IMG/VR virus record: IMGVR_UViG_3300027759_000074
Location: 1 to 64,000 of that record
Direction: 5' to 3' (one strand)
DNA from: a virus
DNA: 64,000 bases
Positions 1 through 11,900 of the stretch are shown piece by piece. The position numbers and the translations under genes are program-made. The notes beneath the pieces were generated by a model that saw only the letters and a list, made by a program, of their open reading frames with translations, made no database searches and was not told the DNA's origin. Within the stretch, counting starts at the first letter, position 1. Every line of letters begins with the position of its first letter.

Positions 1-2
1 AT

Positions 3-404
3 CAAGCTCATGAACGAGAAATGGCTAAAATGCAAAATGAACAAGCTATGCTTATGGCTCAAAAAGGTTTTCAATCACAAGAAAAAATAGCAGCTATTGA
101 ATTGGAGGGTACTTATGCAGAAACATTCGCACAAGAAAGACAAGCACTTTATGAACACGATGCAAAACTTGTACACGACGCTGCTCCCTGGGTTAGAACT
201 CTTAACGCAGCTGTCCGCCCTATTGTTGCTTTCACTTTTGTAGGATTACTTATATTTGTGGATGTGGCTGGTTTTATTTGGGCTGTACAAACTGTAGGGT
301 TTAGTCGTGAATCTATGGATGTTATATTTTCATCTGATGAAATGGCTATTGTAGGTTCTATTATTGGCTTCTATTTTGGAGCTAGAACTTGGGAAAAGAA
401 ATAA
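3..404 (+). CDS. Holin-like membrane protein (5' truncated)
   Basis: Frame is open upstream of the ATG at 21; two TM segments (VRPIVAFTF..., IIGFYFG) resembling 3TM holins; abuts the endolysin. Confidence 0.65.
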   Translation, partial: QAHEREMAKMQNEQAMLMAQKGFQSQEKIAAIELEGTYAETFAQERQALYEHDAKLVHDAAPWVRTLNAAVRPIVAFTFVGLLIFVDVAGFIWAVQTVGFSRESMDVIFSSDEMAIVGSIIGFYFGARTWEKK

Positions 405-854
405 GTGAATGTATCAAAAGCTGGCATCGCTCTTATTAAACATCATGAAGGCGTGCGTAATAAGCCTTATAAATGTCCTGCTGGGCTTTGGACTTGTTGT
501 GTGGGTCATCTTATCGGGGATGGTAAATCATTGCCTGAATCTTGGAATAGAACTTTTTCACAGGAAGAAATAGATGGACTTCTTAAATCCGACCTACGTC
601 GCTTCGAGCTGGGAGTACATAAGATGCTACCTAACGTGCTTCTTCGACAACATGAGTTTGACGCTCTTGTCAGTTTTTGCTTTAATTTGGGTCTTGGATG
701 CTTTCAAAGATCAACACTCCGTCAAGCGCTTCTTCGCGGCGATAAAAAGGCGGCTATGGAATCGTTAGTAAAATATTGTAGGGCCGGTGGTAAAATACTG
801 AGAGGTCTACAAACTCGTAGGCTAGATGAAAAAGCACTCTTTGAAGGTAAATAA
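405..854 (+). CDS. Endolysin, GH24 phage lysozyme
   Basis: HEGVRNKPYKCPAGLWT, FDALVSFCFNLG, GLQTRR motifs. Confidence 0.9.
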   Translation: MNVSKAGIALIKHHEGVRNKPYKCPAGLWTCCVGHLIGDGKSLPESWNRTFSQEEIDGLLKSDLRRFELGVHKMLPNVLLRQHEFDALVSFCFNLGLGCFQRSTLRQALLRGDKKAAMESLVKYCRAGGKILRGLQTRRLDEKALFEGK

Positions 855-3010
855 TGCCATTAAGTAAACTTGTATTTAAACCAGGAATTAATCGAGATCA
901 GACTGACTATGCCTCTGAAGGCGGTTGGTATGAGATGGACAAAGTTCGTTTTCGTTCAGGTTTTCCTGAAAAACTTGGCGGCTGGACTGTAAGAACTATT
1001 GAACCTTATGTTGGCGTTGCAAGGTCTATTGCAACTTGGTCTACTACTGATGGTGCTAAACTTATTGGTATTGGTACAAATGAAAAGATGTATGTAAGTG
1101 CTGGATCGAGTATTTACGATATTACCCCCTTACGAGTTACTTATACTTCTACCACAGATCCTTCAAGTGATGATTGCTTTTCTACAACAAATGGGTCTAA
1201 TCAAGTTGAGATTTTAACTATCACGGCCGGCATTGAAGATGGTGAGTGGGTTACATTTAGTGGTGTGACTAATCCTATTGGCGGTATTCCTGCAGCCGAA
1301 TTTAATAACGAGTTTCAAATTACAGCTATTGGGGGCTCATACTTTATAACACTTCCCACAACAGCTACATCAACTGCAGTCTCGTCTGGTAACACCTCTA
1401 TTGTGGCAGAGTTCCAAGTTAATATTGGCTCTGATATTGTTACCTTTGGTCCAGGTTGGGGAGCAGGTGTTTGGTCTCGTGGTACTTGGGGCTCTAGTGC
1501 ACTTATACCTATTACAATATATCCAAGGCTTCAGTTTCAAGACAACTTTAATAATGACTTAATTTTTAATTATTTTTTAGGCGACATTTATTACTGGGTA
1601 TATGATCCTACTTATACTGATCGCGCTGTAACATTACAATCTGTGCCAGGTGCTATTGCAGTCCCCCGTGAAGTATCAATTACCATATTTTCTCCATCAG
1701 GCCATCTTGTTGCATTAGGTGGTACTAATTATGAAGCGACAGTAGTCCCCGGTCAAAGCATAGTAACTCTTGTTCAAGACCTAGTAGACCCACTTATAGC
1801 TATTGCAGAAACCGCAATTGCGCACGGCCTTCAATCAGGCGATTGGGTAACATTATCAGGCCAGATCCCTGTTGACTATGAAGGTACTTATCAAGTTACT
1901 TATATTGACGCTACACACTTTAGTTATACGATGTTAACAGATCCAGGCGGCAATGCTACAACCGAAGGTACATATGACTATAATGATTACACAGGGGCTT
2001 ACGATGCGCTTCTTGTTCGCTGGGCTAATGTAGACCCAGCTATTGGGCCTCAACCAGAAGTATGGCAACCTACACTAACTAATACTGCCGGCTTTTTAAG
2101 AATACAATCGGGCTCTAGAATTGTCGCGGCAATTAATACCCGACAAGAAACACTTATCTTTACTGATAGATCACTAACATCTATGCAATTTTTAGGTACA
2201 GCCGATGTGTTTGGTTTACAAGAAATGGGGGCTAATATTTCTATTATGGGTCCTAATGCGGTTACAGGCATTAATAATATTGTCTACTGGATGGGACGAG
2301 ATAAGTTCTATACTTATTCAGGCCGTGTTGATACACTACCTTGTACACTACGCCAATACATATTCTCCGATATTAACACAGCCCAAAGTGAATTAATTTT
2401 TGCAGGCACTAACAATCAGTTTAATGAAATTATTTGGTTCTACTGTTCCGCAAACTCTAATACTGTCGATCGATATGTAGTGTATAACTATTCTGAAAAC
2501 ATTTGGTATTATGGTAATTTAGATCGAACTGCTTGGCTAGATTCAGGTGACTTTAGTAGGCCTCTAGCATTAAATGATTCATGGATTTATAACCACGAAG
2601 ATGGCGTTGACGACGGACAACCACTAAGTGCTGCTCCATTACCTATTGAGTCTTTTATTCAGTCTGCATTTATTGACGTAGATGATGGTGATAAATTCAT
2701 GTTAATTCGCCGTGTAATTCCTGATATTAACTTTACTAACTCGGATTCAACTTATGATACGCCAGAAGTTGTTATGACAGTAGGGGTTACAAATTTCCCT
2801 GGAGCTTCAACATCTACAACTAACGCAGATAATTTAACTACAGCAAGAAGTGTTCTAACTACCGCTACCATTGATCAATATACAAACCAAGTTTTTGTAA
2901 GAACCCGTGGCCGTCAGATGAACTTTAAAATCCAATCTAATAATTTAGGTACTCAGTGGCAGCTAGGTATGCCTCGTATTGATGCACGTCCAGACGGAAT
3001 GAGGGGATAA
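854..3010 (+). CDS. Tail nozzle / packaged-DNA stabilisation protein (P22 gp10/T7 gp12-like)
   Basis: 718 aa, beta-propeller-like; precedes ejection genes; inserted AHGLQSGDWVT...DATHF FCCH-like domain. Confidence 0.6.
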   Translation: MPLSKLVFKPGINRDQTDYASEGGWYEMDKVRFRSGFPEKLGGWTVRTIEPYVGVARSIATWSTTDGAKLIGIGTNEKMYVSAGSSIYDITPLRVTYTSTTDPSSDDCFSTTNGSNQVEILTITAGIEDGEWVTFSGVTNPIGGIPAAEFNNEFQITAIGGSYFITLPTTATSTAVSSGNTSIVAEFQVNIGSDIVTFGPGWGAGVWSRGTWGSSALIPITIYPRLQFQDNFNNDLIFNYFLGDIYYWVYDPTYTDRAVTLQSVPGAIAVPREVSITIFSPSGHLVALGGTNYEATVVPGQSIVTLVQDLVDPLIAIAETAIAHGLQSGDWVTLSGQIPVDYEGTYQVTYIDATHFSYTMLTDPGGNATTEGTYDYNDYTGAYDALLVRWANVDPAIGPQPEVWQPTLTNTAGFLRIQSGSRIVAAINTRQETLIFTDRSLTSMQFLGTADVFGLQEMGANISIMGPNAVTGINNIVYWMGRDKFYTYSGRVDTLPCTLRQYIFSDINTAQSELIFAGTNNQFNEIIWFYCSANSNTVDRYVVYNYSENIWYYGNLDRTAWLDSGDFSRPLALNDSWIYNHEDGVDDGQPLSAAPLPIESFIQSAFIDVDDGDKFMLIRRVIPDINFTNSDSTYDTPEVVMTVGVTNFPGASTSTTNADNLTTARSVLTTATIDQYTNQVFVRTRGRQMNFKIQSNNLGTQWQLGMPRIDARPDGMRG

Positions 3011-3011
3011 C

Positions 3012-3689
3012 ATGGCCGGTTTTAACATTGCCAATATTAAGCCACCTAAAGCACCAAGCTTACCAATACCTCCATCGCAGTATAGTCAAGAATATTTTAA
3101 TCTATTTGACAACGCCTTACGTCTTTATTTTAACCAATTAGATAAAGTGTTTCAGTATACAATTGATCCTAATATTGGGCAGTATATTAACTTTCCGTTT
3201 TTAGCTGTTTTAGATACAACTATTCAAGTTGCTACTGTGGTAGGAGATTCTTACCCTATTACTTTTGATTCGCCTTATTTACCTGTTTATTATGCAGGGC
3301 CCAATGATAGTCACCCTTATTTAGATCCTCTTGATGCATCTAAAATTATTATACCCAACTCACATTACTATAACTTTGCATACACAATTAACTTTTACAA
3401 AGCAACAACAAACCCAGCGACCGTAGCGGTATGGTTTAGACTTAATAGTACTACGTTAGGGACCATAGATTTTCCAGGTACCACTCGGTACTACACTGTT
3501 TTAGGCGACGGCGCTATTACCGCTGCAAACTGCACTATCATGACTGATGAACAAAACGGGGACTCTTGGCAAATTATGTGGACTACTTCAGATATAGATG
3601 TTTCTATTGTTCCAACCCCAGGTGCCGTTATAGGATCAGAACCCACAGGAGCATCGGCCGCATTAGCAATTAGCTATGTTTCAGCATAA
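3012..3689 (+). CDS. Putative virion protein
   Basis: LPIPPSQYSQEYF...LRLYFNQLD N-terminus; operon context. Confidence 0.5.
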   Translation: MAGFNIANIKPPKAPSLPIPPSQYSQEYFNLFDNALRLYFNQLDKVFQYTIDPNIGQYINFPFLAVLDTTIQVATVVGDSYPITFDSPYLPVYYAGPNDSHPYLDPLDASKIIIPNSHYYNFAYTINFYKATTNPATVAVWFRLNSTTLGTIDFPGTTRYYTVLGDGAITAANCTIMTDEQNGDSWQIMWTTSDIDVSIVPTPGAVIGSEPTGASAALAISYVSA

Positions 3690-3695
3690 TTTGTA

Positions 3696-3704
3696 TGGTA
3701 TCAT
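3696..3704 (+). promoter_or_regulatory. Extended -10 promoter candidate (TGgTATCAT)
   Basis: Intergenic, upstream of the AAGGA RBS of 3730. Confidence 0.35.
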
Positions 3705-3729
3705 TACACTATCTTAAAAAGGACTTTTT

Positions 3730-5526
3730 ATGGCAGCACACCACTCAGCACAAGGTTTAGCATCCCTCGGTCGTCACGGCGATTCAATGCTAGTTCACAT
3801 GAGCCCACACGAAGTTGCTGGCTTAAATTATTTAGCTAAAAAACAAGGTACTAAACTTACAATCAATCCTGAAACAGGTCTTCCTGAAGCATTTAGCTTA
3901 GGTGGATTCTTTAGTTCATTATTGCCTATGTTTGCTGGTATGGCTTTGGGGCCAGGAGCTGGTATGATGCCTTTATTAGCAGGTGCTGCAACCGGTGCGG
4001 GTTTAGCGGCTGTAAAAGGCGAAAATCCTTTAATGGGCGGATTAATGGGCGGTCTTGGCGGTTATAGCGGCGCTAATTTAGCTGGCGGATTTGGTGCTGC
4101 GGCAGGTGGTGCGGGCGGTGCTGCGGGTACTGTAGGTGCTAACGGAGAAATAGGTTCTAGTTTGTTAAGCTCAGCTGGGGGATATACACCGGCTTCTGTT
4201 ATTAATGGTGTTTCTGTTCCTAACGTTTCTGATATTGCAGGCGGCATGGATAAATCTATGATTAATACTGGACTTAATATTCCTAAAACTTCTATGATGA
4301 ATTCTGCTAATATAATTAATCAGTCAGGCGCTGGAGCAGGATCAGCATTTTCAGGAGCTAGCTCATTTAATCCGATGCAGACTCTAAAGAATTCATATAC
4401 TGGCGCTAAAAATGTAGTTACAGGTGAACCAGGTTCATGGGACGCATTTAAAAATTACTTTAATGAAGCCGGTCAAGCACCAACTACTAATTTCCAAGCG
4501 GGAATGAAAATAGCTATGCCACTAGGTGGTGCGGTATTAGGGGGTTTAGAGCCTACTGATATTTATGGTGAACCGATGAAACCTGATGGTAAAGATAAAT
4601 ATGATCCCTATTCAACATTAAACTTATCAGGCGATACAGGACTCCGTTTATATGCAGCCGGTGGAGATGTAAATAATAATCAATCTTCAATTGCATCTGG
4701 TGGCTTACAAAGTTTGTATGGCACTTCTGATAATTCAGGAGGTCCTCAAGCATTAAGTCGAGATGGTTATGGTGTAGGTAGATTAGAAGGATTAACTGCT
4801 GCAGGATCTAGAGCAAAAGCCGCTGATATGTTTTATGCTCAAGGTGGCCCAGTAAGTTTTGCTGATGGGGGTGATACAGAAGGTGTTGCACTAGAGCAAT
4901 TAAGTATGTCTCCTGATTCAGCAAGTCCAAGTCCGGGTGGTATTGTGGCATTAGCTAATTCAGCTCAAATGAGTCCACAAGGCGGACAAGCTTCAGATAT
5001 CAATTTAGCAGCCCCTCCAACAGCAACAGATGGTAGTCTAATTACACAAGTAGCTAATAATTTACAAGCAGACCCTAATTACCAACCTAAAAACCCTATT
5101 GAAGCCGCTATTGTTAAACAATTAAAAGGTACTGATCCAATGCAAGAAGGACAACAAGGTTTAGGATCATTAGCTCCAGCACAACCTTCATTCCCAACAG
5201 CAGCTACTTTTGCTCCTGCTCCAGCCATGGGTCCTACAGATTATAGTCAATCAAGTACACCTTATATGGCTAAGGGTGGTTATTTAAATGGTTCTGGTGA
5301 TGGTATGTCTGACTCAATCCCTGCTACAATAGAAGGAAAACAACCTGCCAGATTAGCTGATGGTGAGTTTGTAGTGCCAGCTGATGTTGTAAGTCATATT
5401 GGTAATGGCTCATCTAAAGCAGGATCAAAAAGATTATATGCAATGTTAGACAAAGTACGTAAAGCACGTACAGGACATACTAAACAAGGTAAACAAATTA
5501 ATCCTAGCAAATACATGCCTGCATGA
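3730..5526 (+). CDS. Internal virion (ejection) protein
   Basis: GRHGDSMLVH/INPETGLPE N-terminus, Gly-rich hydrophobic segments, GDGMSDSIPA..ARLADGEFV C-terminal domain. Confidence 0.55.
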   Translation: MAAHHSAQGLASLGRHGDSMLVHMSPHEVAGLNYLAKKQGTKLTINPETGLPEAFSLGGFFSSLLPMFAGMALGPGAGMMPLLAGAATGAGLAAVKGENPLMGGLMGGLGGYSGANLAGGFGAAAGGAGGAAGTVGANGEIGSSLLSSAGGYTPASVINGVSVPNVSDIAGGMDKSMINTGLNIPKTSMMNSANIINQSGAGAGSAFSGASSFNPMQTLKNSYTGAKNVVTGEPGSWDAFKNYFNEAGQAPTTNFQAGMKIAMPLGGAVLGGLEPTDIYGEPMKPDGKDKYDPYSTLNLSGDTGLRLYAAGGDVNNNQSSIASGGLQSLYGTSDNSGGPQALSRDGYGVGRLEGLTAAGSRAKAADMFYAQGGPVSFADGGDTEGVALEQLSMSPDSASPSPGGIVALANSAQMSPQGGQASDINLAAPPTATDGSLITQVANNLQADPNYQPKNPIEAAIVKQLKGTDPMQEGQQGLGSLAPAQPSFPTAATFAPAPAMGPTDYSQSSTPYMAKGGYLNGSGDGMSDSIPATIEGKQPARLADGEFVVPADVVSHIGNGSSKAGSKRLYAMLDKVRKARTGHTKQGKQINPSKYMPA

Positions 5527-5936
5527 ACACCGTACAAATTGTAGCACCCAATAACGTATATAGCGTTTGGGACAACGTAGAGAATTATTTAAATGTGTCA
5601 ATTAATGTAAGTGGTGGAGATTACACTTTAGACCAGCTTAAATTATTATTAGTACGGGGTGAGCAAACCTTATTAGTTTCTACAGATGAAAAAGGCGTTT
5701 TAAATGGCGCTATGACTGTAGAGTTTTCTAATCGTCCTAATAGTAGAGTTATGTTTATTACAGCATTAGGCGGCAACGGCATAGTAAATAAAGACACATT
5801 CGACCAAGTAGAGAATTGGGCTAGAATGCAGGGGGCAACAAAAGTAAGTGCATGGGCACAAGAAGCGCAAGCAAGGTTATACAAAATCAAATCAAATTTT
5901 AATACCGTTAGAATGGTTGTGGAGAAAGATTTATGA
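5523..5936 (+). CDS. GNAT-like virion-associated protein
   Basis: FITALGG...WARMQGATKV...ARLY pattern; position typical of podovirus acetyltransferase-like genes. Confidence 0.5.
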   Translation: MNTVQIVAPNNVYSVWDNVENYLNVSINVSGGDYTLDQLKLLLVRGEQTLLVSTDEKGVLNGAMTVEFSNRPNSRVMFITALGGNGIVNKDTFDQVENWARMQGATKVSAWAQEAQARLYKIKSNFNTVRMVVEKDL

Positions 5937-7228
5937 AATTATTTAACATATTTAATTGGGTACAAAACCTAGTAGAATTATTTACCTTTTATGGTGGTGG
6001 CTCTGGTGGCGGAGGCTCTCAAACTTCTACTTCGTATTCTACAAACTTGCCTGAATACGCTAAGCCATACTACGAAGAGTTAATGAAACAGTCAAACAAG
6101 GCTGTTTATACAACAGATGCAAAAGGTAATGTAACCGGTGTTAAGCCAATGCCAACTTATACTGGCGAACGTGTAGCAGGGTTTAATCAAGATCAAATAA
6201 ATACTCAAAATGCAGTTATGGGCATGCAACAACAAGGTGGTTTTGGGCAAGCTGCTCAAGGTCTTACAGGCGCTCAAGGACTTTCTGGTGCTGCCGCAGG
6301 TATGGGGTTATCAAAGGCTTTAAACTATAACCCTAATCAAATTGCCGCACAAAGTATTAATGCGCCTACATTACAACAATATCAAATGGGCCCAGTAGAA
6401 CGTGCAACAAGTCAATATTTTAGTCCTGCAGCGGCTGCTTATTATGGTGATCCATATCAACAAGGTGTTACTAATATCGCCCTTCGTGAAGCTCAATTAC
6501 AAGGTGCTAAAGACAGACAAGCGGGTATGTTAGGTTCTATTGGTCGGGGTACATTTGGCGGCGCTAGACAAGCGCTTATGCAAGCCGAACAACGTCGTGG
6601 ACTCAATCAAAACTTAGGCGACATTCAAGCTAGAGGTTCACAAGCAGGTTATGAAAATGCACAAAAAGCATTCTTGGCTGATCAAGCTAACCGTATGGCG
6701 GCTCAACAACTTAATGTCCAAACAGGCCTAACAGAAGCACAACAAAACTTGGCAGCGCAATTACAAACCCAAGGATTAAGTGCAGACCAAGCAATGAAGG
6801 CAGCATTATCTAATCAACAAACTAATTTAACTGCACAACAAGCCAATCAACAAGCTCAATTACAAGCAGCTCAACTTGCAGGTCAAACAGGTATTGCAGG
6901 TCTTACTTCTAGTATCGATGCAGCTAAAGCTCAGGCTGCAACAGCGGCGGCAACTCAAGGAGCTGAACTTGAAAGACTTAAAGCACAAGCAGCAACAGGC
7001 GCTGAAAAACAAGCGCTACAACAAAAAATTGATGATCTTAAATATCAAACGTTCCAAGAACAACAAAACTATCAAAAAACACAACTTGAATATCTTAGCA
7101 ATATTCTTCGTGGGAACGCGGGTGCGTTGGGTTCTACTCAAGTGGCTTACACACCTACGCCGTCTGCAATATCACAAGTTGGCGGCCTTGGGTTAGCTGG
7201 ACTTGGTTTAATGAAAGCGTTAGGATAA
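5933..7228 (+). CDS. Ejection / DNA-pilot protein
   Basis: Gln/Ala-rich helical, GTFGGARQAL, hydrophobic Gly-rich C-terminus. Confidence 0.55.
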   Translation: MKLFNIFNWVQNLVELFTFYGGGSGGGGSQTSTSYSTNLPEYAKPYYEELMKQSNKAVYTTDAKGNVTGVKPMPTYTGERVAGFNQDQINTQNAVMGMQQQGGFGQAAQGLTGAQGLSGAAAGMGLSKALNYNPNQIAAQSINAPTLQQYQMGPVERATSQYFSPAAAAYYGDPYQQGVTNIALREAQLQGAKDRQAGMLGSIGRGTFGGARQALMQAEQRRGLNQNLGDIQARGSQAGYENAQKAFLADQANRMAAQQLNVQTGLTEAQQNLAAQLQTQGLSADQAMKAALSNQQTNLTAQQANQQAQLQAAQLAGQTGIAGLTSSIDAAKAQAATAAATQGAELERLKAQAATGAEKQALQQKIDDLKYQTFQEQQNYQKTQLEYLSNILRGNAGALGSTQVAYTPTPSAISQVGGLGLAGLGLMKALG

Positions 7229-7237
7229 GGATAAAAT

Positions 7238-8959
7238 ATGAACATTATTAAACTACAAAATGAATTAAAAGGGGTACCAGACCAAGCTCTCATTGGTTAT
7301 GTTCAAAATCCTACTGGTCAAGTACCAACCTACCTTGCATTAAGTGAATTACAACGCCGTAAAGAAATGCGTAATAGTTATCAAGCTGCAAAGCCTGAAA
7401 CAACTGTAGCTGAAAGTTTAGTTAACGAGGCACAACCTCAACCTATGCAACAAGGTATAGCAGCCATGGCTCCGCAACAACCAGCTCCTGAACCAGCGCC
7501 GATGCCACAGGCTCCTATGGCGCCACCACAAGGTATGGCTCATGGCGGTATGGTTTCTTTTGCAGAAGGTGGCGAGACTCAACCTGCAATATATAGACCC
7601 ATGACTTCAGGGCTAATTCCTCGCCCTGTAACAAATCCACCAATTAGTAATTCAACGCCTAACACTGTAGAAATTAAATTTGATGGATCTAATCTAAATA
7701 GGATACCTTCACTAAATTTAGATGCACTTCCTTCACTTAATTTAGACATGGCTCATGGCGGTATGGTTTCTTTTGCAGATGGTGGCATAGCAGGACTAGA
7801 CACAGGCAATATGTACGATGAACAAATCTATGCCCAAGGTGGTATCGTTGCGTTTGATGATGGGGGGGATGTTAAAGGTTACGCAGGGCCGGAAGGCAGC
7901 TATGTTCAAGCAGATACTCCAACTTCACGTATTGATGCGTTGTATAAATTATTATCAGGGGCTCCAAATAAAATTCTTAGAGGACTAGCTGAATCGTCTG
8001 CTAATGTACCTTATGGGGCAGTAAGATCACAATTCCCAGATTTACCTGAAGATATATTTCATAAAAATGTACTTGGCGGAGAACCAGGTGCAGGGCTTTT
8101 TGGAGCGTCCACACCAGTAGCAGAACAACCAATAGCACCTCCAACTTTAGCGGCAGATACAACAACCGGTGCTAAACCAGCGGCAGAATCAACTAAACCT
8201 ACTGTAGCAGATGATCCATTTGCAGCATTAAAGAAAACATTAGCCGCGGGCCCTACAGAAAAACCTAAATCAATGCAAGACTATGCAGCTGAATATAAAC
8301 AAGCATTAGGTGAAGACCCTACAGTACAAGGTGCTAAAGATAGACTGAAAAAAATGGAAGATAAAGCAGCTGAACAAGAATCTAAATCTGGGTGGATGTC
8401 ATTAGCTAAAGCGGGGCTAGCTATGGCTGCAGGTAAGTCTCCTCGAGCATTACAAAATATTGCTGAAGGCGCAACTGCAGGTGTTAATGATTATACAGAA
8501 GCACAAGACAGATTAGTAAAATTAAGAGAAAAACATTTTGAACTCCAATCTCAACTTGATAGACAAGCTCGTGCTGAACAAGTATCTGCTACAACATATG
8601 GTGCTAATAGTAAAGAACGCGCAGAAGACAGGGCAGCGAGAGAAAAACTTGAGAAAATGGCGATGGGTAATCAATTAGCAATAGCTCAATTAAACTATGG
8701 CATGCAAAAAGATAATAAAGTTGTAGCTAATAGAGATAAAGCAATTGATAACGCAATGCAAAAAGCTAAGATTATAGCTGAACAAAAGGGCGTTTCAGAT
8801 GCCACTGAGTTTGATGCTATTTACCAACCTTTATTAGCACAAGAATTGGCTACATTAGGAGTGACTGGTACTGGATCTACTTATAAACCTCCTGTAAGTG
8901 GTATGTTACAAACAACTAAAGACGGTGTATTGAACTACGTAAGGAACGCCGCTAAATAA
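7238..8959 (+). CDS. Internal virion protein
   Basis: Multiple xxGG motifs, coiled-coil C-half, ejection-gene cluster. Confidence 0.5.
   Translation: MNIIKLQNELKGVPDQALIGYVQNPTGQVPTYLALSELQRRKEMRNSYQAAKPETTVAESLVNEAQPQPMQQGIAAMAPQQPAPEPAPMPQAPMAPPQGMAHGGMVSFAEGGETQPAIYRPMTSGLIPRPVTNPPISNSTPNTVEIKFDGSNLNRIPSLNLDALPSLNLDMAHGGMVSFADGGIAGLDTGNMYDEQIYAQGGIVAFDDGGDVKGYAGPEGSYVQADTPTSRIDALYKLLSGAPNKILRGLAESSANVPYGAVRSQFPDLPEDIFHKNVLGGEPGAGLFGASTPVAEQPIAPPTLAADTTTGAKPAAESTKPTVADDPFAALKKTLAAGPTEKPKSMQDYAAEYKQALGEDPTVQGAKDRLKKMEDKAAEQESKSGWMSLAKAGLAMAAGKSPRALQNIAEGATAGVNDYTEAQDRLVKLREKHFELQSQLDRQARAEQVSATTYGANSKERAEDRAAREKLEKMAMGNQLAIAQLNYGMQKDNKVVANRDKAIDNAMQKAKIIAEQKGVSDATEFDAIYQPLLAQELATLGVTGTGSTYKPPVSGMLQTTKDGVLNYVRNAAK
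7535..7786 (+). repeat. 39-nt direct repeat (7535-7573 and 7748-7786)
   Basis: ATGGCTCATGGCGGTATGGTTTCTTTTGCAGA(A/T)GGTGGC, 38/39 identical, 213 nt apart. Confidence 0.9.
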
Positions 8960-8960
8960 A

Positions 8961-11900
8961 ATGCCTATAGTAAATGTTCCAGGCGTAGGTCAAGTTAATT
9001 TTCCTGATGACATGTCTCATAATGAGATTGTCGGCGCTATTGAATCAGATGTTATTCCTCAATACCAACAACACCTAGAAAAAACAGGTTTTGTACCCGC
9101 ATTAAAAGCCGCAGGTCGTAGTGCATTAGGTGCTACTGAATTAGCCCTTGGTGAAGCTTTTAATTCTGATAAACTCCGTCAGCTTGCTGAAGAACAAAAA
9201 CAAAAAGCCGCTCAAACATTTGAGCCAACAACGGAAGCAGATATTGCTGCAGCTCAAGGTATATTGCCTACTGCGGGAGCTTATGCTTCTAAATATGTAA
9301 CCGAGCCATTAGGTGGTATTGCAGGCAGATTTGGTGCTCCTATTGCGGCAGGTATGGCGGCTCCGTTTATTGCTCCTGAAGCCCTTGGTGGATTAGCAAC
9401 AGGCGCTATCGCTACAGCATTAACTGATTTGCCCGCTGAAATTGGTGAGAACGTTGAACGCCAAAAAGAACAAGGTAAAGAAGTTGACTTACTATCTGCC
9501 ACAACAACAGGTTTAGCTCAAGCTGCATTAGCAGGATTCGGAGTACCCGGTACAGGCGCTTTAAATAAAGTGTTAGGCCCTCAATTATTAAGAGAAGCTG
9601 AAATCCTTGCTCCTAAAGTTTTAAAAGGTCAACTTACTAGAGAACAGGCTATTGCAGGATTAACAGGTAAAGCAGAATCTTACGCTCGATCTGTTGGTGT
9701 TAATGCGATTACAGGCACAGGCTTGATGGTAGGTACAGAAGAATTGCGTCGTGCTCAAGCAGGTCAAGAAGGTATGACACCAGGAGAACTCGGCGAGACT
9801 GCATTAACAGCAGGCTTATTAGCTCCTATATTTGGTGGATTACATCCAGTTGGACGTGGTGCTGCTGAAGCTAAAATCGGTGAAGCTGCCGGAAAACGCC
9901 AAACAAAATTAGACGCTATTGAAGCTAAAAATCAAGCTAGAGAAGAAGCTTTCTTTAGAATAGAACAAGAAAAACTTACAGAACAACTCGCTCAAGAAGA
10001 AGCTGCTAAGAAAGCACAAGAAGATTTTGATGCGGCCAACGCTCCTAACAAATTTGGTAACTTTGCTCCAGAAGGAAGTAAACTCGCTAAATCAATTGCA
10101 GATGCAGTTAATCTTCCAGAACAAGAATCAATCAAGCAAGCTACTAAAGCCCGTGATACCGCATTTGAGGATCTTCCTAAAAACATTGCATCGTTAGCTA
10201 AACGCCCAGAATTACCTTCTATTGACAATGTAACTCGTATCGATGATAATTTCACTAAAGCAATTGGTACTGCACCTAATGCCGGCTTCTTAAAAAACAT
10301 TAAAAATTTAGAACTAAACGCAGAGAACGCGCCTAAGATACAACAAGAAATAGAAAACTATAATGGTACAAGTAAAACTGTACTAAATAATCTTAAGCAG
10401 TTTTCAAATCGTTTAGAGGACATTAAAAATGGAAATGATGCACGAGTTAACGAACGAAGAGCTAGCGAAAATCTTTCAATATTTGGACAACCCGAACCAG
10501 GAGTTACCGCAGGAAATGAAGCATTTAACAGACTTAGAGATTATGGGGCTCCAGTTGATGTTAGTGCAGCTCGAGCAAGAAAAGAGAGCATCTACGCTCC
10601 AATAGAAGCAGCCACTAAACCTACCACTCCAAACTTATTAACAACCTTACGTAAGTATGGGGGCATTAATTTATCTGATCTCCGTGAACTAAAAGGAGAA
10701 ACTAGAAAAGTTGAAAAACGTGGATACTATAATGTATTTAATCAACGCGCTAAATCACTCATGGAGCATATTGAGAGTGGAAGACTTGATGACTATTTGC
10801 CCTACCAAGATAGAATGAATACAGCCGCAGAACGCGGTGAAACTTTTGATGCAAAACCTGCATATGATTTCCTAGCAGAAAAAATTAAAAATGAAGAGAC
10901 AGTTTATCACTTTGAAGATGCACAACGTATGGCAGAAGCCCGTAATGAATTACGTAGTCGCCAAGAAGAGCCTAGTGATATTAATCAACGTCTTGCAGAA
11001 GAAGCTGCGGTTGAAAAAGGTATGGGTGTTAAATACGCTAAAGAAGAAACTAGACCTGAATGGGTAACACCTGACGTATGGAGAAAATACGATGCAGCTC
11101 GTGAGGCTGAAGCTTTTGCTAAAAAACATGATCTAGGTGCATATCGTGACATGGCAGAGCGGGCTAATAAAAACCTTGATGAAGCTATTAAAAGAGACCA
11201 CCCTACTGAAAAACCATTAGAGTTTAAAGATAAATTAAAAGACGCTTATGGAGATAGACTTAAATTAGCTAAGGGTCTTGAAGCGCTTACAAAAGAAACA
11301 ATCGGTTCTATTAAGCAAGCTCTCAAAGATAGATTTGGTAAGAACGTAGAAAGAGCTATTGAGCGTAAAGATTTAAACTTAATTGAAAGTAAAGATGTGC
11401 CCGCTGGTATTGATGCCGAGGCTGTAGCTTACTTTGATAAAGGTAAAGTTTATTTAATTGCAGATAGATTATCTAAAGAAGATGCGGGTGCTAAGCTCCT
11501 ACATGAAATGGGTGTTCACTACGGCTTAGAAGGTATGATTGGTAAAGACATATACCGCGATGTTCTACGCACAGTCAATAGATTGAACAAGATGGACAAG
11601 ATTGCTACTGCGGCTCATGATTACGTTAACGCTAGATACCCTGAATTAAAACCAGGTTCAGCTGCGCATGCAGAAGAAGTGCTAGCACGTATCGGTGAGA
11701 CTGCACCTAACCATACATTATGGCGTAGAATTGTAGCTGCGGTTAAAAACTTCTTAATCAAAAAAGGTCTATATGACCCGAACAAATTAAGTGTAAAAGA
11801 TTTGCAAGACATGATTAATAGCTCATTGCATAGAGCACTACGAGAAGAAAAGAAACCAGTTGCTTTAGAGATGAGAGAACCTCTACTTGAACGCACAGTT

